This document shows positions 37,118 through 46,428 of a DNA stretch of 64,000 bases, one piece after another. The stretch's first letter is position 1. The number at the start of each line of letters is the position of its first letter. This DNA comes from an uncultured Acidobacteriaceae bacterium (GTDB lineage: Bacteria > Acidobacteriota > Terriglobia > Terriglobales > Acidobacteriaceae): contig OY970199.1 in the NCBI GenBank assembly GCA_963708225.1, forward strand, positions 3,724,689-3,788,688, given 5' to 3'. The notes under the pieces are model-generated. The model was not told the origin of the DNA. It worked only from the letters and a program-made list of their open reading frames with translations, and ran no database searches. A program made the position numbers and the translations under genes.

Positions 37118-38203
37118 TTGAACATATTTCACATCGTTGGAGCGCGGCCCAACTTCATGAAGGTCGCCCCGGTATTGAGCGCGCTGAAGGCGCGGAAGAA
37201 TACGGTGCAGACACTTATCCACACTGGTCAGCACTATGACGTCAACATGTCCGATGTGTTCTTCCAGCAATTGGGTATTCCGGCTCCCGATGTGAACCTG
37301 GCGGTTGGTTCGGGTTCGCATGCCAAGCAAACAGCCGAGATCATGACGCGCCTGGAGCCGGTTATGCTCGAGCGCAAACCGGACCTTGTCCTGGTGTATG
37401 GGGATGTGAACTCCACTGTCGCCACCGTATTGGTTTGCGCCAAGCTGGGCGTTCGAGTCGGCCATGTCGAGGCCGGATTGCGCTCCTTTGATCGCACCAT
37501 GCCAGAGGAAGTCAATCGACTAGTGACCGATCAACTTGCCGATTTGTTGTTTACGCCGTCGGAAGACGGGGATGAAAATCTGAAGCGGGAAGGAATTCCG
37601 GCCGAGAAAATTTTCTTCGTCGGCAACGTCATGATCGACTCGCTTGTGCGCCTGTTGCCGACAGCGCAAAAGACGAAGATCGAGGGTCTGCCTGAGCGTT
37701 ACGCTTTGGTTACGCTGCATCGGCCGGCGAATGTGGATGATAGCGTGACACTGAAAGGAATCCTGGAGTCGTTGCTTGAGGTGAATCGGGATCTGGCGGT
37801 GGTCTTTCCGGCCCATCCGCGAACCCGGCAACGAATCGCTGATTTCGGATTGAATCCCGGACAACTGCGCGTGCTTGACCCTCTTGCTTATGTTGATTTT
37901 CTCGGGTTGCAATCGCGCGCTACGGTGGTGATCACCGATTCCGGTGGCATTCAAGAAGAGAGCACCTATCTTGGCATCCCGTGTCTCACGGTGCGCGAGA
38001 ATACTGAGCGTCCGATTACGGTTTCCATGGGGACAAATATCTTAGTCGGTCGCGATCCGGAAAAACTTCGCGCTGAACTGTCGCGAGTGTTGAGCGGCAA
38101 AGCAAAGAAGGGAACTGTTCCGCCACTTTGGGATGGCCGCGCCGGAGAACGGATTGCCGACATTCTGGTGGGACATCCCTCACAAGCGAAGGCCGCGAAC
38201 TAA
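37118..38203 (+). CDS. wecB: UDP-N-acetylglucosamine 2-epimerase (non-hydrolysing)
   Basis: 'IVGARPNFMKVAPV...IHTGQHYD..MSDVFFQQLGIP.PDVNL.VGSGSHA.QTA' and 'VITDSGGIQEE' are diagnostic. TTG start. Confidence 0.9.
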   Translation: MNIFHIVGARPNFMKVAPVLSALKARKNTVQTLIHTGQHYDVNMSDVFFQQLGIPAPDVNLAVGSGSHAKQTAEIMTRLEPVMLERKPDLVLVYGDVNSTVATVLVCAKLGVRVGHVEAGLRSFDRTMPEEVNRLVTDQLADLLFTPSEDGDENLKREGIPAEKIFFVGNVMIDSLVRLLPTAQKTKIEGLPERYALVTLHRPANVDDSVTLKGILESLLEVNRDLAVVFPAHPRTRQRIADFGLNPGQLRVLDPLAYVDFLGLQSRATVVITDSGGIQEESTYLGIPCLTVRENTERPITVSMGTNILVGRDPEKLRAELSRVLSGKAKKGTVPPLWDGRAGERIADILVGHPSQAKAAN

Positions 38204-38240
38204 GGCCGCAGGACAATCCATCCACAGCATTTCATCGTCG

Positions 38241-39011
38241 CTAACTGACAGCCTTGCGGTGAAACTGCCGCAGTCCGAATCCTAGTAGAGCCAAGTCAAA
38301 GATCGTCAATCCCACAAAGATGACCCACATAGGCAGGTGAGGGAATTGCGGCACCAGAGTTCCGCGCAGGCCCTCGCTGGCGTACACGAGAGGATTGATC
38401 AAAACAACCTTCTGAAGGATTGGGAAATGATCGAGCGCGCTCCAGGGATAATAGGCGCATCCGAAAAAAATCATTGGCGTCAAAACCATGCTGAACATCA
38501 GGCCGATGTGAGTTTGACTAATGCTGCAACCGAGGGCCAACCCGCCGCAGGCTGAGAACAGCGCGACGAGCAGCGTAACGCAAATAAAACTGACCGGAGA
38601 ATGCAAGTTCAATCCCACACCGGGACGAAGCAGCAGCCACGCCGCCGGAATTACCACCAGTCCAGCGATCATCGCTTGCAGGGTGCCAAAAATCACTTTT
38701 TCAATGGCCAGCCACGAGATTTCGATGGGCGCCAACAAACGGTCTTCAATTTCGCGGGTGAATTGGAATTCGGCAATCAACGGCATCGCCACCGCCCAAA
38801 CGCCGGTGAATACCATGCTGATCGCCATGATTCCGGGCAACAGCAAACTCTTATAGGTCGCGGGCATGTAGCCGCTGCTCACCATTACCCGGCCGAAAAT
38901 AAATACGAACATCAGCGGCTGCAAAAAAGTCTGCAACAGCAAGGGAACGAAATTGCGGCGAGCGACATGGGCGTCGCGCCCCAGCAGGGCGAAAAAAGTC
39001 CTCCAGTTCAA
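38241..39011 (-). CDS. ABC-2 type transporter permease
   Basis: Six hydrophobic segments with the typical ABC-2 layout. The start overlaps the ATPase stop by 4 nt. Confidence 0.8.
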   Translation of the reverse strand: MNWRTFFALLGRDAHVARRNFVPLLLQTFLQPLMFVFIFGRVMVSSGYMPATYKSLLLPGIMAISMVFTGVWAVAMPLIAEFQFTREIEDRLLAPIEISWLAIEKVIFGTLQAMIAGLVVIPAAWLLLRPGVGLNLHSPVSFICVTLLVALFSACGGLALGCSISQTHIGLMFSMVLTPMIFFGCAYYPWSALDHFPILQKVVLINPLVYASEGLRGTLVPQFPHLPMWVIFVGLTIFDLALLGFGLRQFHRKAVS

Positions 39012-40033
39012 TCGCGCAAGCTCCTTCCAGTGTGGTGCAAGAAAAGGTTCTCCAGACTCGGTTCCGAGATATGTACGTCGGACAACTCAACCGAGGTCGC
39101 AGATGCCAGGTTGGCAATCTCTGAGACCAGCGAGCCTCCGCGGTCGGCATAAACATCCGCGGAGTTGTCGGCATCATTCGGCCGCACTTCGGTCACACCG
39201 GCCAACTTTTTAAGACGGTCGAGCAACTCTGGGGATTGCCGGCCGAAACGCACGCGCAGCACGAATCCACCGGGGACTGAAGCTTTCAATTCGGCCGGAG
39301 TGCCCAAGGCTATTTTGGTTCCGTGATCGATGATGGCAAGACGCTGGCACAACGCGTCCGCCTCTTCCATGTTGTGGGTGGTCAGCAGGATGGTCTTGCC
39401 GCGCTGGTTGTATTCCCGGATGATTTCCCAAAGCAGCAATCGGGTCTGCGGATCGAGGCCGGCGCTGGGTTCGTCCAGAAAAAGTACTTGCGGATCGTGC
39501 ATCATGGCGCGCGCGATGGAGAGACGCTGCATCATGCCGCCGGAGAATCCGCGAACCATCTGGTCGGCACGGTCGGTTAATTTGAAGCGATCAAGTAAGG
39601 TCTCCGCACGTGCGGATCGCTCGCGCGAATCGAGGCCGAAATAAGCGCCGTGAAAGAGCAGAATTTCGCGAGCGGTGAGGGAAAAATCAAGGTTAGGACG
39701 CTGCTGGACTACGCCAATCAGCCGCTTGACGACGACCTGCTCCGCCCAGATATCGTGCTCGCCGATCCAGGCCTGGCCGCCAGTTGGACGCACGCGGGTG
39801 GTGAGGATTCCTACGGTTGTCGATTTGCCCGCGCCATTCGGGCCTAATAGACCGAAAATTTCGCCGGGCGTGACCTGAAGCGAGAGGCCGTCGAGAGCGA
39901 CGATCTCGGGTTTGGGCTGCTTGTCCTTTGTCTTGCCGCGGGCCGCACTAAACCCAAAGCCACCACCGGAGGCTAGCGGTGGCGGAGTACTGTAGATTTT
40001 GCGTAGGTCACGAGTTTTGATTCCGGCCAGCAC
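39008..40033 (-). CDS. ABC transporter ATP-binding protein (DrrA/ABC-2 exporter type)
   Basis: Walker A 'GPNGAGKST', signature 'FSGGMMQRLSIA', Walker B 'LFLDEPSAGLD' and H-loop 'TTHNMEEA'. GTG start, 78 nt downstream of the macroglobulin stop. Confidence 0.9.
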   Translation of the reverse strand: MLAGIKTRDLRKIYSTPPPLASGGGFGFSAARGKTKDKQPKPEIVALDGLSLQVTPGEIFGLLGPNGAGKSTTVGILTTRVRPTGGQAWIGEHDIWAEQVVVKRLIGVVQQRPNLDFSLTAREILLFHGAYFGLDSRERSARAETLLDRFKLTDRADQMVRGFSGGMMQRLSIARAMMHDPQVLFLDEPSAGLDPQTRLLLWEIIREYNQRGKTILLTTHNMEEADALCQRLAIIDHGTKIALGTPAELKASVPGGFVLRVRFGRQSPELLDRLKKLAGVTEVRPNDADNSADVYADRGGSLVSEIANLASATSVELSDVHISEPSLENLFLHHTGRSLRD

Positions 40034-40111
40034 GTCGGGGCCCCTGCGCGTCTCTCAGGAAGATTTCAAGTAGCATACCAAATCGGGCCGAGGCCGGGGA
40101 TTTCGAGGTCT

Positions 40112-43100
40112 CTAGCGTTTGTGCACCTCCATCTGTACTGGCCGGGCGATTGAGCTGACTTCGGGATCGTAATATTCATAGACTCGCGACTTGAATGTCC
40201 TCGCCCGGATTGGATACTTGGCGCGAAGGCGGAACTTCACTGTAACCGTGTCTCCCGGTGCAAGAGAGTCGAAGTAGAGAATGGCTTGCGTCGCTGTGAG
40301 ACTGAACTTCGACAGGTGTCCACTCTTCAGACCGGCGCTTTTTTCCTGGTAATCCTGCAGGTCTTCACTGAGCAGATCGAATCCGGGCGGGATGCCTAGA
40401 TCTACCATCACCATATTCGCAGTCTTTGTCAGATTGTTCTTGATGGTGGCGCTTGCCGCAGCAATATCGTCCTGTGCAAGCTGGGTGCGATCGTATGCAA
40501 TGTCAATCGAGAGAGGCTCGTTCGCTGGTTTCTGATCCCAAGGCAGAAAATAGCTGCCCACAACCTGATAGGCGAGGCCGCCTTTGCCGTCGAACTGAAT
40601 CTCGACTGTATTCGTCTTGTGCCCGTCGATATCCTTGAACACGAACTGATGGAGCAGGTCGTTGTTCTCTGGAGTCAACACGAGCTTTTCGACTGGATCG
40701 CCATTGAGCAGGACCATCAGCGTGCCTCGAACATCGCCCGCACCTTTTTCGGTTGCGAGCAACAAAGCGCGCAGCGCCATGATTGTGGCCTGGGTGGTCC
40801 CCCAGGTTCCTCCGGAGTCTTTCTTTGAGGCAATGTAATTCATGGCCTTGCGCGCGGCGCCTGACGCTTCGCCCGACTTGAGCAAGGCTTGGACCGCCAG
40901 TCCTGTAGTTTCTATGCTGGCGCTTTGCCCGGTGGCATAGACGGCGGTTTCGTCCGCGCTCCACCAGGTTTGCTCGTCTTTTTCGGTGCGAGCGTCTAGT
41001 AGGAGCTGGATTGCCTGCTTTGTGAACTCCCGGTCCTTTTCCTGATTTCCGTTTTTATAATCGGTGGCGAAATTCGCTACGACGGCCAAAGTGTAAGTGT
41101 CGATCTTCGCGCTCGTATTCGAGTGCTTTTCGATAAATTGTTTAGCGCGTTCCACTGCTGGCCCTTGATATCCGGTATTGCCTAGCGACCAGGCGATGTA
41201 TGCCGTAATGCGCAGCACATCGGTGTTGTAGCGATTAGTAGCACCTTCATTGATGAATGCGGTGTCGGGCTTCCAGCTTCCATCTTGTTGCTGCTGGCTC
41301 GCGAGCCAGTCTTGCGTTCGTGAAATAAGTTTCGGGTCCACGTCATAGACTTTCGACATGTCGTAGAACTCCATTAGTCCGTAAGACGTGAGAATTTTAT
41401 TGGCCGGAGCTTGGCCGAACCAGGAGAATCCGCCACCGGGAACTTCGAAAGTCAGCAATCGCTGATAGCCGTTGGCTATGTATCCCTCAGCTTTGGCGTG
41501 CACTTCGGGTGTGAGCTTCTTGGTGCGCTTCATGTAGTCGAGCGCCAACACGTTGGGATAGGTGCTCGAGGACGTCTGCTCGAAGCAGCCGCCTGGCATG
41601 CGTAAAATGCTGTCCATGCTTTCGACGACCTGACTCAACGGACCGGGATAGAGACGGACAAAAATCTTGCTGGCCTCGGGAATGGCGCTCGCCAGGAAAT
41701 TAACTTCGTGCCGCGCCGTAGTTTCAAGACGGCCGTTGAACACGATGTTTTGCTCGCGTCCGTTTGGAATAACTTCAATTTCGCGCACCACGACATCCGC
41801 ACGGTCAGTTTTGCCTTTCATGCGAGCCGAAAGCGTGAGCTTGAATTTGCCGATACGCTTGGCTTCGATGGTGAACTGAGAGCCTCCTACTCGGGACGAC
41901 GCTACGGTTGCCGACTTTTCGGCTGAATCATCCACGAGCGAGAACCAGCTATCCGGTTCGAGGCGCAGGCTGACCTCTCCATCGGATCCTGAGTAGTTGT
42001 AGATGCCCACCGGAATCGAAACCCGATCGCCCTGGGTGAGCGTGACTGGCAGATCGAGATCGACGAAGAAATCCTGAAAGACTTTCAGACTCGAAGTGGA
42101 CGTTCCCAACGCGCCGTGTTGCGTGGAAGCAATCATCGCCATACGCCACGTCGTAATGGAATCGGCCATGGGAATCACGATGCTGGCGCGACCGTCTTTA
42201 TCAGTGATGATTTCGGGATTGATGTAGAGGGCCTCGGGGAAGTAGGAGCGCACGTGCGCCGCAGGGGCGCCCGATTCGTCCTTGATGAGGGTTGCGCTGT
42301 TAGCGGCCTTGTCTAGTGACGCCATCTGCATCACGCTACGGCCGTTGAGTGGAAGGTTCTGAATCTGACGGGCAACGATGCCTCCTGCCGTGCCGCCGGC
42401 GAGACCACGCGGGGCAGCCATAGCCGCCATTTCTGTCTGAACGACTTCGTTTGCCCCGGTGACCATGACCACCTCGGTGGCTTGGCCAACCGACAGAACT
42501 GTGGAAAGCACGGCCCGATCGCGTCCCTGAAGAGCGAGTGTCGCCGTGGCAATCTTGAAGCCGGCCAGGGATACCTGCACCCCGTAGTCGCCAGCGGGAA
42601 TAGCTGACATGCTGAATTGCCCGGTCGCGTTGGTTGTCGTGATGCGCGTCTTCCTGGTTGATAGATTGCGCACTTCGACCTTGGCTCCATTCACTACGGC
42701 GCCCGACGGATCAGTAACGGTTCCTTCAATATCCGCTGCTCCGTTGAACGGTCCGCGATCGTGTTCGATGTTGACGTCAATCGTTGTCGGTTTCGCACCA
42801 GGAGTGGTGACCTCCCATTTGCGTTGAAAGAGCAGCAAAGCCTGAAGGTCATCGGCGGTGCCAAATCGGCGATCTGGCCCTGCGCTGCGCACCAGATAAT
42901 ATTTATGCGAGGCATCCCAGCGTTCTGGCTCAAACGTCAGGCTGGTTCCCCAGGCGTCTCGAAACTCCATGCCGCCCGCCTCGGCGAGCTTGGCGTAGAG
43001 TCGAACTGGATCGCCCGCCTTAGGGTTCTCTTCGTAAGCCTGGCTAAGAGTTTTTGCCAGATCATTTGCTTGTTTCTGAAAATGCAACGAGTAGCGACGC

Positions 43101-45466
43101 GCATATTCGCCGTACCTGGCCATCGGTACATCGCCGCCGAATTTTGTCTCAAAGTTGTTCGGATTTACGATTTCGGTCGCCGAAAACAAGACCTGTGCTG
43201 CCCGATCGCGCTGCTCGGCTTGCGACTTCTCAACCGGTTCGACGATTTCCGGCATCCCGATTGAGTGAATCTCATAGCGCGGCTTCATGACTTCCTGCTC
43301 GAGATAAAAGAAGACCTTGGCGAATCCCGGCTGCTTCTCCGCCAGCGCGAACACGGCTTCATCGACCACTTGCAAACCGAGTGCGGCATGCACGCCCTGT
43401 CCGCGAGAGTTGGTCACGCGAAACTGGATGCGCGCTTCACCGCCCGGTTTATAGACGGCCGCGTCGGCCACGGTTTCAATTTTCAGATCGTCCGCTGGCT
43501 GCACGAAGATCAAACGATGGTCGCCTACTGGACGAGCGTCCCTACCAAAGACGTAAGCGCTGATATCCACCGTGCCGGCCATCTCTGGCGTGGCGGTCAA
43601 GGAAAGCTCCGCTTGGCCGTTTTCAAATTCCAGGTCACGGGTCAGCACCGTCTGTCCTTCTTTGACGATGTCGACATAAGCGGCACCACGCGCTTTGGTT
43701 GAGAAAAGTTTCAGTTGGATGCGTTCTCCGGCGCGGTATACGGCATGTTCGGTGCGCAACAATATCTGGTCTTCGCCATCGCGAGCTTGCAAGTCGACTC
43801 TGCTGGACGCGTGATTTCCTTCCTGGTCCGAGGCGTCAATCTCCAACGTGTCACAACAGACGAACGGCACGACGCGATGAGCTGTATATCGAACAACGGC
43901 AACACCTCCATCGTCGGTATCAACGTGTTGATCGACATTTCCAGCGGCGTGGACGGTGACGTTAGCCTTCGCCGGCGTTCCATCGGGATAGGAAGCCAGA
44001 ATGAATACATGGTTCTCGAGGTTGGGAACCAGCGTGCCGCCCTCGGGAATCGCCGTGATCAGCAGTGGAGAATCGCTGACGGTGATCGGTTCACCGCGAG
44101 TTTCTGCATGTCCGGCGGAGTCTTTCACGGTGGCTTCAATCAAAACGCGCGCAGCGCCGTGGCTGAGGGGCAGCCCAGAAAAATATTTCGGAAGCTGAAT
44201 ATCGAAGCGATAGGAGCCATCGGAGTCAGTCTTTCCCTTGGCCGACGCTACTTCAACGACGGCGACATCCATCGCGGATGCCTTCATGTTGATTTCGGCG
44301 CGGTCCACGGGCTTGCCAAAGAAGTAATTGGCGCGCACTGTTCCGGTGACGTGATCGCCGGGTTGGTAGCCACGCTTCTGCTTCTTGCCGTTCTCGCTGA
44401 AATCGACGGCCACTTTGAACTTCGGAAGCACGTAGCGTTCGACATTGAGCGCGATCTCAGCCGTATTCGTGGGGGCTTCGGGATCGCCCATCAGTGCGCG
44501 CAGGTGGTACGTGCCGAGGTTGACCTCATCGGCCAAGCCAAATTCAGCGGAAGCGACTCCGAACTGATCGGTTTCGGTCGCTTTTTTAAAAACCTTATTG
44601 CCGCGAGAATCCTCGACTTCGAAAGTCAGCTTGCGATTTGCCGCTGCCTCATGGTCGGAGCGATCAAGCGCCAATGCGCGTACATGGATGGATTGACCCG
44701 GCTGATAGATGGGCTTCTCAGTCGTAAGAAGAATGGAAACCTTGTCTTCCAATCTCACGTCCTGAGTAAATTCGGTTGAGCCAATCGGAGTATCGACAAC
44801 ATAGTGCAATCGGTAATTGCCGACCAATCCGGCAGGGAAGCGGAACTGCGCTTCGGATGTTCCACGTCGGTTCAGATCGCCCGTAAAAAGCACCTGGGGT
44901 TTTTCGTCGGTTACCAGAAGCTCAATGTGTAGGGAGCCCCGACCGGCAATGACATCATTTTTCGAGTCGGTGACAATGACGCGTACCGCCGCCTCGCCGC
45001 CAGACAGGTACGCCTGCTGTCCGAGGATGTGAATGACCGGGGTGCGAAGGATTTGCGAGATCGATTCGGTGCCATCCAACGCCGCCGTTTGCTTATCGTC
45101 ATACTCGAAGCGGTAGCGAACGCGGTGCCACACCAGATCATCCAATGGCAGTAGTTTCTCCAGCTTGATCTCGCTCTGCCACGCTCCTTGTCCTTCGATT
45201 ACTTCAACGTGCCGTTCGGCGCGGCCGAGGACGTTGTCTTCCGGATCCAGTATTTCTATCGACAGCTTTCCGGCGCCCGCGCGGGGGGCATGGTAAGCAA
45301 TGCTCAGACGTAGCAATCCCTGTGAATAGGTTGCGACAGAAGCCGGCGAGACACCGGACGCCTGGGACGGCCACATAGCGAAAAATGCGGCGGAGGTTAG
45401 AAGAGATACAGTCAGGATGACAATTGCAAATCTGGTGGGATTGCGGTGTCTGTTGCCGTTGTCCAT
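40112..45466 (-). CDS. Secreted thioester-containing alpha-2-macroglobulin family protein with an expanded chimeric bait region
   Basis: Signal peptide. MG-domain series. A2M_N_2 end 'LGLQVVDEAVFALAE'. A2M domain 'YFPEALYINPE...ADSITTWRMAMIAS'. Thioester motif 'GGCFEQT' (codons 41576-41587). TED-like 'QQQDGSWKP' and 'KKDSGGTWG'. C-terminal receptor-like domain. Confidence 0.9.
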   Translation of the reverse strand: MDNGNRHRNPTRFAIVILTVSLLTSAAFFAMWPSQASGVSPASVATYSQGLLRLSIAYHAPRAGAGKLSIEILDPEDNVLGRAERHVEVIEGQGAWQSEIKLEKLLPLDDLVWHRVRYRFEYDDKQTAALDGTESISQILRTPVIHILGQQAYLSGGEAAVRVIVTDSKNDVIAGRGSLHIELLVTDEKPQVLFTGDLNRRGTSEAQFRFPAGLVGNYRLHYVVDTPIGSTEFTQDVRLEDKVSILLTTEKPIYQPGQSIHVRALALDRSDHEAAANRKLTFEVEDSRGNKVFKKATETDQFGVASAEFGLADEVNLGTYHLRALMGDPEAPTNTAEIALNVERYVLPKFKVAVDFSENGKKQKRGYQPGDHVTGTVRANYFFGKPVDRAEINMKASAMDVAVVEVASAKGKTDSDGSYRFDIQLPKYFSGLPLSHGAARVLIEATVKDSAGHAETRGEPITVSDSPLLITAIPEGGTLVPNLENHVFILASYPDGTPAKANVTVHAAGNVDQHVDTDDGGVAVVRYTAHRVVPFVCCDTLEIDASDQEGNHASSRVDLQARDGEDQILLRTEHAVYRAGERIQLKLFSTKARGAAYVDIVKEGQTVLTRDLEFENGQAELSLTATPEMAGTVDISAYVFGRDARPVGDHRLIFVQPADDLKIETVADAAVYKPGGEARIQFRVTNSRGQGVHAALGLQVVDEAVFALAEKQPGFAKVFFYLEQEVMKPRYEIHSIGMPEIVEPVEKSQAEQRDRAAQVLFSATEIVNPNNFETKFGGDVPMARYGEYARRYSLHFQKQANDLAKTLSQAYEENPKAGDPVRLYAKLAEAGGMEFRDAWGTSLTFEPERWDASHKYYLVRSAGPDRRFGTADDLQALLLFQRKWEVTTPGAKPTTIDVNIEHDRGPFNGAADIEGTVTDPSGAVVNGAKVEVRNLSTRKTRITTTNATGQFSMSAIPAGDYGVQVSLAGFKIATATLALQGRDRAVLSTVLSVGQATEVVMVTGANEVVQTEMAAMAAPRGLAGGTAGGIVARQIQNLPLNGRSVMQMASLDKAANSATLIKDESGAPAAHVRSYFPEALYINPEIITDKDGRASIVIPMADSITTWRMAMIASTQHGALGTSTSSLKVFQDFFVDLDLPVTLTQGDRVSIPVGIYNYSGSDGEVSLRLEPDSWFSLVDDSAEKSATVASSRVGGSQFTIEAKRIGKFKLTLSARMKGKTDRADVVVREIEVIPNGREQNIVFNGRLETTARHEVNFLASAIPEASKIFVRLYPGPLSQVVESMDSILRMPGGCFEQTSSSTYPNVLALDYMKRTKKLTPEVHAKAEGYIANGYQRLLTFEVPGGGFSWFGQAPANKILTSYGLMEFYDMSKVYDVDPKLISRTQDWLASQQQQDGSWKPDTAFINEGATNRYNTDVLRITAYIAWSLGNTGYQGPAVERAKQFIEKHSNTSAKIDTYTLAVVANFATDYKNGNQEKDREFTKQAIQLLLDARTEKDEQTWWSADETAVYATGQSASIETTGLAVQALLKSGEASGAARKAMNYIASKKDSGGTWGTTQATIMALRALLLATEKGAGDVRGTLMVLLNGDPVEKLVLTPENNDLLHQFVFKDIDGHKTNTVEIQFDGKGGLAYQVVGSYFLPWDQKPANEPLSIDIAYDRTQLAQDDIAAASATIKNNLTKTANMVMVDLGIPPGFDLLSEDLQDYQEKSAGLKSGHLSKFSLTATQAILYFDSLAPGDTVTVKFRLRAKYPIRARTFKSRVYEYYDPEVSSIARPVQMEVHKR

Positions 45467-46088
45467 AGCGTCTCCGTGGAGATACTTTCTGGTACATCCG
45501 TACAGCCCGTCTTATTCGCGTCCGAGTGTCTTGTTACAGCTTTCAAGAGCAAGAACGCACCCTAAGGACATTCTTGCGTGGAGACACTTGGAAAGTTCGA
45601 CATAGGGTACGGATCGGCTGCCTCCCAACGCTGCTCGACGCGCAAATACTTTCATGTCCGGTTGGACACCGCTGGGAATGACCCTGTTCCCGATGGATGA
45701 AAGCCGGGTATTTTTCTCAAAACAGGCGTGGGAACCGATCGAGAAATGGGTTTTTCAAAACTATGGAGTGAACTTCTGTAATCGCGAACGGTGGAGATGG
45801 CTTTTTCGGGGATACCGCATCTCTGTATACTGAAGAAGTCTTACGCAGGAATATAAGTGCCGAAATGCGGGTGAAGTAGGCGATGGGCCCGACCAGGGTC
45901 ACAGCGGCGGTGCCGACTCCGTCCCACCCGCTCCAAAATTCCTCGCGCCCCGAGCCACGGAAGGTGGAAACTACGGTCTCTTGGGTCAACTCGTTTAATT
46001 ATGTTGTTTGGCACTCGTCAAGATGACATATTTTGCGATAGTTGCGTGAGAGTGCAACCCGGTTCGTCGGTTGGGGCGACTTAAATCG

Positions 46089-46418
46089 ATGAAAATCAAG
46101 AGATTCTGGCCGCTGTTTGCGATTTCGGTTCTATGTTGCGCGGGTCTTGTCAGCTGTCATAAACCTCACCAGCACAGCGTGACACTGACTTGGAATGCGC
46201 CAGGGGCGGCAACGGGAGTATCCATCGTCGGCTACAACCTCTATCGGAAAACCCTCGGCGCGGGCCAATTTGTGAAGATCGCATCCCGGATCTCAGGACC
46301 TCCGTATGAAGATCGCATGGTGATTAGCGGCCGCACCTACGTGTATGTTGCGACCGCCCTGGACCAATCCGGCCGCGAAAGCAGTTTCTCCATCGAAGTT
46401 AGCGCCACGATCCCTTGA
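46089..46418 (+). CDS. Small lipoprotein consisting of a single fibronectin type III domain
   Basis: Lipobox 'AGLVSC'. 'VTLTWNAP...VGYNLYRK...GRTYVYVATALDQSGRES' is an FN3 pattern, paralogous to the C-terminal FN3 of the convergent gene. Confidence 0.65.
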   Translation: MKIKRFWPLFAISVLCCAGLVSCHKPHQHSVTLTWNAPGAATGVSIVGYNLYRKTLGAGQFVKIASRISGPPYEDRMVISGRTYVYVATALDQSGRESSFSIEVSATIP

Positions 46419-46428
46419 CCCAGACTCC

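Noticed and set aside
43715-44779. 354-aa ORF on the plus strand inside the macroglobulin gene
   Set aside because: It is fully antisense to a CDS with strong domain evidence. It has no recognisable motif or SD, and its composition is typical of shadow ORFs in GC-rich genes.
45717-45989. 90-aa TTG-initiated minus-strand ORF in the A2M upstream region as a stand-alone gene
   Set aside because: It has no SD and no motif, and it overlaps an equally plausible 59-aa plus-strand ORF. It is kept only as part of the finding on the unusual intergenic region and is not called as a feature.
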